Source: an uncultured Candidatus Saccharibacteria bacterium (lineage in GTDB: Bacteria > Patescibacteriota > Minisyncoccia > Phycocordibacterales > UBA9988). From it: a stretch of DNA of 64,000 nt. The notes below the pieces were generated by a model. It was not told the origin of the DNA. It made no database searches and worked only from the letters and a program-made list of their open reading frames with translations. Shown one piece after another: positions 42,597 to 52,199 of the stretch. The first letter of the stretch is position 1. Every line of letters begins with the position of its first letter. The translations under genes were made by a program, and so were the position numbers. Where the stretch lies: positions 16,457-80,456 of the forward strand of contig CAYNXC010000002.1 of assembly GCA_964401135.1 (NCBI GenBank). Direction: 5' to 3'.

Positions 42597-42945
42597 GGTC
42601 GTTTCGTTTAAAATACTTCTCAAAATCCGCCTGTTCTTCGGGCGTGTACTCGACCTTTTCTTGCGGTACAAATGGGGTAGGTACCACAAACTCGTCAGGC
42701 ACCTTGCCGTCCACTTGGTCGATGACCATACTCATGGCTTTCAGGTTGCCCTTGGCCGCCTTCCACACAAGCTGCATTACGATAGCCTTATCCTTCCGTG
42801 CCATCTTGCCGTTGAAGTAGACTTTCTCCTTCAATATTTCCATAATCACGGTTCTCACATTCCGAGAACCCTTCGGTCTACCCTTGGTATTCCTTCTTGG
42901 ATCGTACCCTGATTGAAAGGGCTTCAATGTTTTTATATTTCCCAT
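42580..42945 (-). CDS. Small basic protein with an N-terminal LKPFQSGYDPRRNTKGRPKGSRN motif. Tandem paralogue 2.
   Basis: Start placed at MGNIKTLKPF. The shared N-terminal motif and the central helical block align with paralogue 1. Overlaps paralogue 1 by 17 bp. Confidence 0.5.
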   Translation of the reverse strand: MGNIKTLKPFQSGYDPRRNTKGRPKGSRNVRTVIMEILKEKVYFNGKMARKDKAIVMQLVWKAAKGNLKAMSMVIDQVDGKVPDEFVVPTPFVPQEKVEYTPEEQADFEKYFKRNDHGQHQ

Positions 42946-43252
42946 ATCTGGTATTTTACCGGCTTTTTTGTTTGTAAAGGGGTGCATTACTTTCTCGCAG
43001 TTATTTTCACAGATAAAAGGGTGAAAAACGGCTTCTTTTAAGCCTTCGATTTTTCCCGTAATTTCACAGTATTTACGGGTATTTTGACCCCGACCCACAA
43101 ACCTCCTTCGGCTTCCCGAAAAAGTGCTAGAATACCCTTACGACACCTAATCATATGGGTACCGTACCCATAGCCCCCGCAAATTGAAACTTCCTGTTCC
43201 GAAAGCCGAATTGACCGTTGCATGAATAGTATTATCGTCCTAATATATATAC

Positions 43253-43651
43253 ATGAAAGGATACACAGCAAATATTGAGAAGGATACGGTAGCAAACAGT
43301 AGCTTCCGTAAGGTGCTCTATACGGGCAAGCACAGCCAGTTGGTACTGATGAGCATCCCGCCCAAGGGAGAGATTGGTCTGGAGACGCATACAGACAACG
43401 ACCAGTTTTTCCGTTTTGAGAAAGGGGTGGGGAAGTGCCTCATTGATGGTAACGAGTACGCGGTAGGGGACGGTGTCGCGGTGGTGGTCCCTGCAGGAGC
43501 AGAGCACAATGTTATTAACACATCAGAGATCGATGATCTCAAGCTTTACACTATTTACTCGCCATCACATCATAAGGACGGGATCATCCGTGCGACGCGA
43601 GAGGAGGCAGAGGCCAATGAGGCAGAGTTTGACGGCGTGACGAGTGAGTAG
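43253..43651 (+). CDS. Cupin-domain protein.
   Basis: Conserved-barrel motifs G(X)5HxH-like (LETHTDNDQFF...) and PAGAEHNVIN. Confidence 0.65.
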   Translation: MKGYTANIEKDTVANSSFRKVLYTGKHSQLVLMSIPPKGEIGLETHTDNDQFFRFEKGVGKCLIDGNEYAVGDGVAVVVPAGAEHNVINTSEIDDLKLYTIYSPSHHKDGIIRATREEAEANEAEFDGVTSE

Positions 43652-43656
43652 TAGAG

Positions 43657-43845
43657 TTGAGAGATATGAAGATAGATACAACAACCAAGTGGCTTATCGG
43701 AGCCTTTATCGTCGCTGTCATCCTCGCGTATGGATGCTATGCTAAACGGCCCCTCACGGAGCAAATAGGGGATCCTGACGGCTATATAGCCCCCTCTGGT
43801 TCCCCAACAACCACCGCTCCTACCACCACGCCACCAGCATTCTAA
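43657..43845 (+). CDS. Small single-TM protein with a Thr/Pro-rich tail (hypothetical).
   Basis: 62 aa, one TM segment. The call rests on operon position alone. Confidence 0.3.
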   Translation: MRDMKIDTTTKWLIGAFIVAVILAYGCYAKRPLTEQIGDPDGYIAPSGSPTTTAPTTTPPAF

Positions 43846-43853
43846 GGGGAGTC

Positions 43854-44420
43854 TTACTCTTGCACTCGCTCTACATATTCACCCGTCTCTGTGTTGATAC
43901 GCAAAATATCACCCTCGTTTACAAAAAGTGGTGCATTAATTCCCGCTCCAGTCTCTAAGGTGACTAGTTTAGTCCCGCCCTGAGCCGTATTCCCTTTGAT
44001 CCCTGGAGGCGCTTCTTTGACTTTTAGTTCAACTTTTATGGGTAGTTTGACTCCGATATTCCGTTCTTGGAATGAGAGGAGCTCTACTAAGGAGTTGGGC
44101 TTCATGAACTTGCCTTGGACACCGATAAAGTCTTCAGAGAGTGAGAAGCGCTTGCTCGGATCATCTTTCTCACAGAACCAGTATTCTCCTCTATTGATAT
44201 AGATATACTTTACTTCACGAGATAGGATCTCTGCTTCCTCTGTCTTCTCACTTGCGTGGAAGGAATACTCCATCACTTTACCTGTCATCAAGTTTTTAAG
44301 TTTTGTGGCGTTGACCGGCTTGCGCATCTGCTTACGAAATACATGCGATGAAAGCACTTCGTACGGCTCCCCCTCCATCACCACATATTTTCTTGGCTTG
44401 ATTTCATTATAGTCCAACAT
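43854..44420 (-). CDS. efp: Elongation factor P.
   Basis: KGNTAQGGTKLVTLETGAGINAPLFVNEGDILRINTETGEYVERV matches the EF-P C-terminal OB domains. Start at MLDYNEIK inside the longer track ORF. Confidence 0.9.
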   Translation of the reverse strand: MLDYNEIKPRKYVVMEGEPYEVLSSHVFRKQMRKPVNATKLKNLMTGKVMEYSFHASEKTEEAEILSREVKYIYINRGEYWFCEKDDPSKRFSLSEDFIGVQGKFMKPNSLVELLSFQERNIGVKLPIKVELKVKEAPPGIKGNTAQGGTKLVTLETGAGINAPLFVNEGDILRINTETGEYVERVQE

Positions 44421-44507
44421 ACGAGAGCCACTGTACCCTAAGCGACCTTTGGGAGTCAAGGAGCGTTAGCGTATAATAAAGGTCGAATAGCTTTATCTCT
44501 ATACAAC

Positions 44508-45092
44508 ATGCGTATGCTCTCCGACGAAAAGTACCAAGCGCTTATGGCAGAACCGGATGAGGTGGTGCTTACCGCATCTCTCACCTCTCCGCGAGCATTT
44601 GAAATAATCGTCTCTCGCTACCAAGTGGCTTTTCGTCGGAAGGCACGGCGTATTCTTGGAGACCGGCCAGAAGTGGATGATGTTGTTGTAGATACCTTCG
44701 CAAAAATTTATTTTAGCGCACAGAGTTTCCATGCTACTTCGAGTAGCTCATTCCGCTCATGGGGCTATCGCATTCTTACCAACACCGTACTCTCATCGTA
44801 CCGCGCACTTAAACGGTCTGGGCGTCTCTCCGCACAGAGTGCTTTTGACGAGCGATGGTATGAAGAAGTCCCCGATCCTCGTGACGAGTATGCAGCTCAC
44901 GGCCTTACAGACTATGTAGCGTCAGTCTTGCGGCGCTTGCCGGGGCATTTCTCTCGGATTCTTTCTTATTATTTTATTGATGGTCGTCCCCAGCGTGAGA
45001 TCGCACGCATTGAGGGTATTTCCATCTCGGCGGTAAAGACGCGCCTCCTGCGTGCTCGGAGAGAGTTTCGTCGCGTTGCCGAGACTCTGTGA
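44508..45092 (+). CDS. Sigma-70 family (ECF-like) RNA polymerase sigma factor.
   Basis: Region 2 (VVVDTFAKIY) and a region 4 HTH (REIARIEGISISAVKTRLLRARREF). Confidence 0.7.
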   Translation: MRMLSDEKYQALMAEPDEVVLTASLTSPRAFEIIVSRYQVAFRRKARRILGDRPEVDDVVVDTFAKIYFSAQSFHATSSSSFRSWGYRILTNTVLSSYRALKRSGRLSAQSAFDERWYEEVPDPRDEYAAHGLTDYVASVLRRLPGHFSRILSYYFIDGRPQREIARIEGISISAVKTRLLRARREFRRVAETL

Positions 45093-45108
45093 TACAATTG
45101 TTATTAGT

Positions 45109-45453
45109 ATGACTACCGCAAATCCAATCATGTTGCGCACGATGCGTCGCGTCTACTTCTCGTGGATATGTCGCATCTTCACAAACCCTACCTTCGTTAA
45201 GCTAGGGCTCTTTCTCTATGCCTGCGGTCACCTCAGTCTCTATGTCTCGTACCGTTCAGTGCTCAATAATGTACCCAGCTTCTCCTTAGACAGAAGTGCC
45301 CCCTACCTGCGTGACGCTTTTCTCCATACAGAGATGTTTACGCAGACGCTCATCGCGCTTGCACTCATTGTCGGACCCTTTCTCGCTTATGACGCGGGTC
45401 GCAATCTTTCTCTCTATCTGCGCCGTCGTATGATCACAGGTTCTTTTCAGTAA
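45109..45453 (+). CDS. Hypothetical membrane protein downstream of the sigma factor gene. Possible anti-sigma-like protein.
   Basis: Two TM helices. Its position overlapping the sigma gene end suggests co-transcription. Confidence 0.3.
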   Translation: MTTANPIMLRTMRRVYFSWICRIFTNPTFVKLGLFLYACGHLSLYVSYRSVLNNVPSFSLDRSAPYLRDAFLHTEMFTQTLIALALIVGPFLAYDAGRNLSLYLRRRMITGSFQ

Positions 45454-46453
45454 AACTTGCTTTAATCTTCTTTACGAGCTCAGCTCGTACTTTTGGATTC
45501 TCTCTCAAAAAAGTGCGTGTTGCGTCGTAGCCCTTACCAAGTTTCGTATCTCCGGTAGAGTATGAGGCGCCACTTTTAGTGATGGCACCAATTTTTTCTG
45601 CAAGTGCAATGATCTCACCCTCCGGTGAAATCCCCTCGTTGTAGAGGATATCAAACTCTGCCTGTTTAAATGGCGCAGCGACCTTGTTCTTAACAACTTT
45701 GACACGGGTACGGTTGCCTACCACTTCTTCCCCTTTCTTAATCTGTGCGAGACGGCGCACATCTAAGCGCACTGACGAGTAAAACTTGAGCGCTTTTCCA
45801 CCCGGGGTCGTCTCTGGATTCCCAAACATAACCCCAATCTGCATTCGTATCTGGTTGATGAAGATAACCACCGTCTTAGAGCGTGCCACAATTGCTGTCA
45901 TCTTGCGGAGAGCCTGTGACATCAGCCTAGCTTGTTTGCCCACATGTTGGGCGCCGACATCACCTTCAATCTCATCTTTTGGGGTGAGTGCCGCCACTGA
46001 GTCTACGACTACCACATCGACAGAACCAGAGCGGATAAGCGTCTCTGCAATCTCGAGTGCCTGTTCCCCGTAATCGGGTTGTGAGATGAGGAGTTGGTCG
46101 GTCTTTACCCCAATCTTTCTCGCATAATCAGGATCCAAGGCGTGCTCCGCATCAATATAGGCACAGACGCCGCCTTTCTTCTGTGACTCCGCAACGATGT
46201 GGAGTGCGAGTGTAGTTTTCCCCGATGACTCGGGCCCAAAGATTTCAATGATGCGTCCGCGGGGCACTCCGCCAATCCCCAAAGCATCATCCAAAGATAG
46301 GGATCCGGTAGGGATGGCATCGATACCTACCTTAGGCCGCTCGCCCAGCATGAGGATGGCGCCGTCGCCATATTTACTCTGTATTGCTTTGATGGTGTTC
46401 TCTATCGTACCGACGCCTGATTTCTCTACCTTTTCTTTTTTGCTGAATGCCAT
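45434..46453 (-). CDS. recA: Recombinase RecA.
   Basis: Walker [10 protein letters not shown] and L1/L2 loops (full-length RecA, 339 aa). Confidence 0.95.
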   Translation of the reverse strand: MAFSKKEKVEKSGVGTIENTIKAIQSKYGDGAILMLGERPKVGIDAIPTGSLSLDDALGIGGVPRGRIIEIFGPESSGKTTLALHIVAESQKKGGVCAYIDAEHALDPDYARKIGVKTDQLLISQPDYGEQALEIAETLIRSGSVDVVVVDSVAALTPKDEIEGDVGAQHVGKQARLMSQALRKMTAIVARSKTVVIFINQIRMQIGVMFGNPETTPGGKALKFYSSVRLDVRRLAQIKKGEEVVGNRTRVKVVKNKVAAPFKQAEFDILYNEGISPEGEIIALAEKIGAITKSGASYSTGDTKLGKGYDATRTFLRENPKVRAELVKKIKASFTEKNL

Positions 46454-46454
46454 A

Positions 46455-46802
46455 TTATTTCAGAATTACATGTAATATCTCTTTTGTCTCTCGATTAAAA
46501 CGGTCTTGAGCTACGACGGTAATCACATTATACCCCGGTAATAGCAAAAGTGAGTCACGAAAGAGACCTTGCTCATCAGTAAAAATTCTCCTACCGTTTA
46601 CGGTGAGACTGGCTATATTTTTCGCATATCCTCTGAGGATGACGACAGGTTTCTCTAAGGTCTCACCATCCGTGGGAGTGTCTACAGTGAGTACGGGTCC
46701 TGCAATAAATGCGGCACTCCGATTGACTGCATATCCAACAATAATGAGAGCTATGAGCGCCCCTAATCCCCACGAGAGCCAGAGTGAGCGGTTCTGTATC
46801 AT
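46455..46802 (-). CDS. Hypothetical membrane-anchored protein with an Ig-like extracytoplasmic domain.
   Basis: N-terminal TM, then a beta-rich domain. Translationally coupled between recA and ftsK. Confidence 0.4.
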   Translation of the reverse strand: MIQNRSLWLSWGLGALIALIIVGYAVNRSAAFIAGPVLTVDTPTDGETLEKPVVILRGYAKNIASLTVNGRRIFTDEQGLFRDSLLLLPGYNVITVVAQDRFNRETKEILHVILK

Positions 46803-48985
46803 AGTACTTCAGCCTCTACTTCTCCGCCTTGTCTCCCGTACACTTCTCGCGGCTTTGCTCCATCAGCGGGGCCGATAACCCCTCGTTCTTCCAGCATATC
46901 AAGGAGCCGTGCGGCACGAGCATAGCCTACCTTAAGACGGCGCTGGAGGTATGAGGCAGAGGCCTTTCCCGCTTCCATAATAATTTCTCGCGCTTCTTCG
47001 TAGAGCTCATCATCATCCCCACTATCCATCTCATTATCATTCCAAGCTCCCGCACTGGTTCCGCTTCCTGCGTCAGCCCCAACAGAGATATCTTGGGGGA
47101 TTTCATCACGGTAGTGATCACGGAGCCATGAGACAACATGCTTCACTTCTCTCTCAGATATGAAGGCAGATTGAAGTCGTATTGGCTTACTCATATCTCC
47201 CGAGAGATAGAGCATGTCACCAGAGCCAAGTAATTTTTCTGCTCCCGCCATATCAAGAATGGTCCGTGAGTCAATCTGCGAAGCAACTTGGAGGGCAATG
47301 CGTGAAGGGATATTTGCTTTAATCAAACCGGTGATAATTTCTACACTTGGTCGCTGCGTAGATAGGAGAAGGTGTATACCAACCGCGCGAGACATTTGTG
47401 CGAGACGCACGATCCCTGCTTCCATCTCGCGTGGGTAGGTGGTCATAATATCGGCGAGCTCATCAATCACGATGACGATGTACGGCATCCGGTCAGGGAG
47501 ATCAGTCTCATCTCCTCCTTTCTCGTAGGCTGGCTCAACCACATTTTTATGGTAAGACTCAATGTCACGCACTGCCTCTTTCTCAAGAATGTCGTAGCGC
47601 CGATCCATTTCTTTAGCCGCCCACTTGAGTGACATAATAGCTTTTTTTGCGTCAGTTATGACGGGGGTAAGGAGGTGTGGAATATTGTTGTATACCGTGA
47701 GCTCAACTCGCTTTGGGTCTACCATAATGAAGCGGAGTTTATCTGGTGCGTTACGGTACAGGAGGGATGTAATAATGGCGTGAATGGTGACTGACTTTCC
47801 TGATCCGGTTGCACCTGCGACGAGGAGGTGAGGAGCCCTTGCGAAGTTTGCAAAGTGTGCGGTGCCAGCAATCGCTCGGCCAAGAGAGATGAGGAGCGGG
47901 TGATGTGACTCGGCAAACTCTTTTGCGCCAATGAGCGAAGCCATACCCACTTTAATCTTTGAAGTATTTGGTATTTCAATGCCGACGAGAGATTTACCTG
48001 GGATGGGCGCTTCGATGCGGATAGGGTGAGCGGCAAGAGCAAGTGAGAGATCATTCTGGAGTCCTACAATGCGGGCAAGTTTTACTCCCTCTGCAGGTTT
48101 GAGTGCGTAGCGGGTAATAGATGGGCCGATGGAGATCTCATCCATCTCTACAATGATGCCAAAGTTTGCGAGTGTGCGTTTGATGATGTTCGCATTCGCT
48201 TTAATGTCTCCCACACCCGGTTTACCCGAGTCTCCCTCTAAGAGGTCTAATGGGGGTGGTATGAAGCCTTCTGTATTTGCCTTTCCCTTAAACCCAACGA
48301 GGCGGCTGAAGGCGCCCAAGTCTTGTGTGCCGCCGGAGCCGTCATTGATTTTGATTGGGCGTTCCTCTTGCCCCTTACTACCGCTTGTCTCGGTGACTAT
48401 GTTTTTATCTCCACCCAGTACAGTAAGAGGAGTGGTATTGTTTACATCCTCTTCTGAACCATCCTCATCATCTCCTCGGCGGAGCACCTTTCCAAATAGT
48501 TTCCAATCAAGAGTGAGATTAGTCTCAAACATAATAAAGATTGCAATAAGCAGTACAGCAGAGAGAATTGCGAATGCCACATATTGCTCAAATAGATTAA
48601 CTAGTGGACGAGCAATGAGTCCTCCCACCATCCCCCCCGCCGGCTCCCCTGCTGTGAGGTAGAGAAGTCCGAGACTTGAAGCAAAAATAAAGATACTGCT
48701 GATGGTTCTCCATGAAGAGACCGAAGGGTCAGAGAGACGGAAGAAGGATGCGGCTAAGAGAAGGCAGAGTGCCGGTAGTATTAAAAAGCCTCCACCAAGG
48801 ATATGAGAAAGAGATCTGTAGGTGAGTACTCCGGCTGGACCAGCTTTCTCAAAGAAGGCGAGCACAAAGAATATTGCGGCTACAATCGCAAGTACACCAA
48901 GGATGCCGTGCCGAGTTTCTTCCTTCATCTTACGCACTGGCTGTTTTAGCTCCCTTGGCTCGTGTTTTTTTGATCTGCGCGCCAT
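46799..48985 (-). CDS. ftsK: DNA translocase FtsK/SpoIIIE.
   Basis: N-terminal TM domain, a Pro/Gly linker, the motor domain (Walker A GATGSGKSV) and a C-terminal gamma winged-helix (YLQRRLKVGYARAARLLDMLEERGVI). Start set at MARRSKK. The track ORF extends to 49066. Confidence 0.9.
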   Translation of the reverse strand: MARRSKKHEPRELKQPVRKMKEETRHGILGVLAIVAAIFFVLAFFEKAGPAGVLTYRSLSHILGGGFLILPALCLLLAASFFRLSDPSVSSWRTISSIFIFASSLGLLYLTAGEPAGGMVGGLIARPLVNLFEQYVAFAILSAVLLIAIFIMFETNLTLDWKLFGKVLRRGDDEDGSEEDVNNTTPLTVLGGDKNIVTETSGSKGQEERPIKINDGSGGTQDLGAFSRLVGFKGKANTEGFIPPPLDLLEGDSGKPGVGDIKANANIIKRTLANFGIIVEMDEISIGPSITRYALKPAEGVKLARIVGLQNDLSLALAAHPIRIEAPIPGKSLVGIEIPNTSKIKVGMASLIGAKEFAESHHPLLISLGRAIAGTAHFANFARAPHLLVAGATGSGKSVTIHAIITSLLYRNAPDKLRFIMVDPKRVELTVYNNIPHLLTPVITDAKKAIMSLKWAAKEMDRRYDILEKEAVRDIESYHKNVVEPAYEKGGDETDLPDRMPYIVIVIDELADIMTTYPREMEAGIVRLAQMSRAVGIHLLLSTQRPSVEIITGLIKANIPSRIALQVASQIDSRTILDMAGAEKLLGSGDMLYLSGDMSKPIRLQSAFISEREVKHVVSWLRDHYRDEIPQDISVGADAGSGTSAGAWNDNEMDSGDDDELYEEAREIIMEAGKASASYLQRRLKVGYARAARLLDMLEERGVIGPADGAKPREVYGRQGGEVEAEVL

Positions 48986-49103
48986 AACGGTGGATCCATT
49001 GTAGCACAGCCACCGCGGTGAGATATGCACACGCGTTGACTTCAGCCATGTCCGATATATAATCATGGTTAAAGACAGTCATACAGATGATGTCCCAGAA
49101 ATT

Positions 49104-49757
49104 ATGCTCAAGGACAATGCTAGGGACAATAAAAGACTAAACGATATTCTCTCTTTTGTTCGTGTAAAGATAGAGAGGTTAACCGTTGCTACATACCGAG
49201 TCAGTGATTTTTTGAACGATGCTGAACCGCTCAAGAGACGGCTACGAGAGTATGCACTCAAGACACTCACAGAATCTGGAAGAGAAGATGCTCTCTCTGT
49301 CCTCTCTCCTACCCTTCGTACGATGACTCTCTTATGTGACACTGCGTCTGTAACACGGGTTGGATCGACTATGAACTTTAGTATCCTCTCTGACGAGTAT
49401 TCTTCTCTTATCACACTCATCAGTGATGAATTACTCATCCCTTCTCTCTCTGGGGTGAAGGAGGTTTATCTCTCGTCGTTTACTGTCCCCGTACCACAGA
49501 TTCAAGCAGTACCTTATAAAGGACACCAAAAGGACATAAAGGACAAAGAGATAAAAAATGGCAGTGCAGATCGTTCGGATCGGATTATTGCCTATATCAA
49601 GGACCATCCAGGATCGGGGATAAAAGTTATATCCAAACTTTTTCCCGGGGTAAGTGAGAAGACGGTCCAGCGTGAGTTATTAACCCTCGTCTCTCGTGGG
49701 ATTTTGCAAAAAGAAGGTGAGCGTCGCTGGAGCCGTTATAGCTTAAAAACAGGTTGA
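49104..49757 (+). CDS. Hypothetical protein with a C-terminal winged-helix DNA-binding domain.
   Basis: C-terminal IIAYIKDHPGSGIKVISKLFPGVSEKTVQRELLTLVSRGIL is DeoR/wHTH-like. Confidence 0.35.
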   Translation: MLKDNARDNKRLNDILSFVRVKIERLTVATYRVSDFLNDAEPLKRRLREYALKTLTESGREDALSVLSPTLRTMTLLCDTASVTRVGSTMNFSILSDEYSSLITLISDELLIPSLSGVKEVYLSSFTVPVPQIQAVPYKGHQKDIKDKEIKNGSADRSDRIIAYIKDHPGSGIKVISKLFPGVSEKTVQRELLTLVSRGILQKEGERRWSRYSLKTG

Positions 49758-50067
49758 CTTTTGGGGCTCAGTGCGGTACCCTTGAGTCTGACAGTACTGA
49801 GCCGTGCGGTTATCCACACGCTCTCTCTTTGCGGAGAGTGTGACCCGCACTATAATTGACTGTATACAGTAATGGTTCGTACTCGGCGTGTCTTGAACAT
49901 TGACAAGTAAATAGTGAAATTCATTTCCAATTGTTATTAACCCGTTGGCGCAATGGTGTGCCGGCGTGTTGGTAAGTAGGTGAATCGCGAATGCGAGTCG
50001 AAGCGCGCGATGATCCGGTATTAAAAAAGGCTTATTAGAATTATTAGGTTATCAGTATTATTAAAAC

Positions 50068-52104
50068 ATGAAAAAAATTGCATTGCTTACCGTTGCAGTG
50101 CTTGCACTTGGTGCTGTCGTAGTGCCCGCTTCAGCGAGCGCGTTGACCGCAAATGAAATCTTGCAAGCGTTGTCAGCGGATCCAGCCCTGCTCTCGCAAC
50201 TACAGGCACTCCTCGGTGGTACAGCCACAACTGGCGGTACATCATCAGCAGGAAGCCTTGCTGCAGTTCAGGCACTTACTAAAGATTTGACTATCGGTTC
50301 AAAGGGTGCGGATGTAACCGCTCTCCAGACCTGGCTCGTAGAGGAAGGATACATGGTAATGCCGGTAGGCGTTCCTATGGGATACTTTGGGACTTTGACA
50401 CAGAAGGCCCTCGCACAGTGGCAAGCAGAGAATGCAGTCACTCCTGCAGCAGGATACTTTGGTCCTAAGACCCGAGGCGTTATCGCTACACTCTCAAGCA
50501 CAGTCACTCCTGGCGGCACCTTGCCAGCAGGTTGTACTTCAACAGCTGGTTACAGTTCCACAACTGGTGCAAAGTGTGATGGTTCCACAACTGGTTCAAC
50601 CACTGGTGGAACAATCTCAACACCCGGTGTTGAAGGTACGCTTTCTGCAACACAGTCAACATCCGGAATCAGTTCAACTATCTATGAAGGTGATGATCAG
50701 GTAGCTATCCTCGGTGTTAAACTTGAGGCAGACAGCTCTGACATCATGGTTCAGAGAGTGAAGATTGACCTTGGTACAACCACGAAGATCTACAACAAGA
50801 TCTACTCAAAGTTGTATGTCACTGAAGGAGGTAACCTCCTTGCAGAGGCAGCACTCAACTCATCCACAGTGGTGAAAGAGAGCGGCCGCTACTACATTAC
50901 GATCTCAGGCTTCAACCTCCTTGTTCCTAAGGATGGTTCCAAGACGGTCGTAATCAAGGCGGATGTGTACTCAAGCATTGATTCAACAGATCGTAGCGCT
51001 GGTGACATTACCCTCTCATGGGGTGTTCGCCTAGCTTCAAATGGTTTCCGTGGTGTTGATGGTGCTGGTATTGACCAGTACGCAGGTACAACTTCAATCG
51101 GTAAGTCGATTACTATATCGGCAAGCCTCGTTGAATCAGCAACACTTGACCTCGCAGATAACTCAAGCTCTCCTTCAGCAGCCGATGTAGTTGCTGCAGA
51201 TGGTTCAGCAAACAATGAACTTGATAAGTTGACCCTCCTCACTTTCAACCTTACTGCAAAGAAGGATGATGTGACAGTGACCGACCTTGCAATTGATATT
51301 GACAAGGGAGGCACCGGTGGAGCAACAGCTTCAACAACAGTGTACCTCTATGAGGGTGACACTGAGCTCGAAAACGCAACTGTTGATAGCAGTGCTGCAA
51401 ACGGCAGCTATGTAGTCTTCTCAAGCGACGAGCTCTTCACAGTTTCAAAGGATGCGACCAAGACCTTGACTGTTAAGGTTGATGTCCGAAACGCTAATGG
51501 AACAGTGTCGACGCTGTCAGCGACTGCTTCTTCATCTGGTATCACTGCTGAGAACTCACAAGGCGACACAGTGTCAGTCAGTGGTTCAGCAACTGGCGAG
51601 TCACAGTATGTACGTAATGTTGGTCCAGTGTTCACATTGGTATCAAAGAGTGTAGAGCGCTCAGTTTCAACTGACAATCAAATCTCTACAACCACATCAC
51701 AAGCAACCTTCACCGTTAAGGTAAAGGCAGTAGGTGGCAGTATCACCTTTGGTTCTGTTGCTTCTACCGCTCCGATGTTTGGTAGCTCAACTCCGTACTT
51801 CGTGACCTATGTCAACGGTGCAGCGCAGACGCTCCTGGTCGCTTCATCCACAGACTTCTCAATCCCTTCATCGGGAGTGACCACGTCTGGATTGGATAAC
51901 AGCTTCACCTTGGCAGAAAACAATGAAGTAACCATCCCAGTATCATTCACCTTTGTCAGTAAGACTGCGGCTGGCGCAAATGCGTTTACAGGTTCAAACT
52001 CTGTCGCGACTGCGCTTGAGCGCATCCGCTGGGCAGGTGCACAGACCACGACCTTTATGGCTGGCGACACTGATTGGAGAGCTTCAAGCGTAACAATGCC
52101 GTAA
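50068..52104 (+). CDS. Large secreted protein with N-terminal peptidoglycan-binding repeats and Ig-like/Big-type beta domains.
   Basis: Signal peptide MKKIALLTVAVLALGAVVVPASASA and two PG-binding-like segments (GADVTALQTWLVEEGY...YFGTLTQKALAQWQ, YFGPKTRGVIA). Confidence 0.65.
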   Translation: MKKIALLTVAVLALGAVVVPASASALTANEILQALSADPALLSQLQALLGGTATTGGTSSAGSLAAVQALTKDLTIGSKGADVTALQTWLVEEGYMVMPVGVPMGYFGTLTQKALAQWQAENAVTPAAGYFGPKTRGVIATLSSTVTPGGTLPAGCTSTAGYSSTTGAKCDGSTTGSTTGGTISTPGVEGTLSATQSTSGISSTIYEGDDQVAILGVKLEADSSDIMVQRVKIDLGTTTKIYNKIYSKLYVTEGGNLLAEAALNSSTVVKESGRYYITISGFNLLVPKDGSKTVVIKADVYSSIDSTDRSAGDITLSWGVRLASNGFRGVDGAGIDQYAGTTSIGKSITISASLVESATLDLADNSSSPSAADVVAADGSANNELDKLTLLTFNLTAKKDDVTVTDLAIDIDKGGTGGATASTTVYLYEGDTELENATVDSSAANGSYVVFSSDELFTVSKDATKTLTVKVDVRNANGTVSTLSATASSSGITAENSQGDTVSVSGSATGESQYVRNVGPVFTLVSKSVERSVSTDNQISTTTSQATFTVKVKAVGGSITFGSVASTAPMFGSSTPYFVTYVNGAAQTLLVASSTDFSIPSSGVTTSGLDNSFTLAENNEVTIPVSFTFVSKTAAGANAFTGSNSVATALERIRWAGAQTTTFMAGDTDWRASSVTMP

Positions 52105-52199
52105 ACAGCTACTTGTGATAGCTTCAAAAACACCCCTTCGGGGGTGTTTTTGTTTTGTATTTTTTTGTGTAGTAATGGAGGATGTATTAAAATGAATAT

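Noticed and set aside
42580-43098. A single long ORF (172 aa) reading through paralogue 2 with an N-terminal extension MGRGQNTRKYCEITGK...
   Set aside because: Alignment with the neighbouring paralogue supports a start at MGNIKTLKPF (42945). The extension has no counterpart in the paralogue.
49758-50067. A match to RNase P RNA, SRP RNA, tmRNA or a T-box leader.
   Set aside because: None of the hallmark consensus strings (GNRA-capped P4 sequences, the SRP domain IV motif, the tmRNA tag ORF, the T-box AANNNGGGTGGNACCGCG) are present. It is left as an unclassified structured region.
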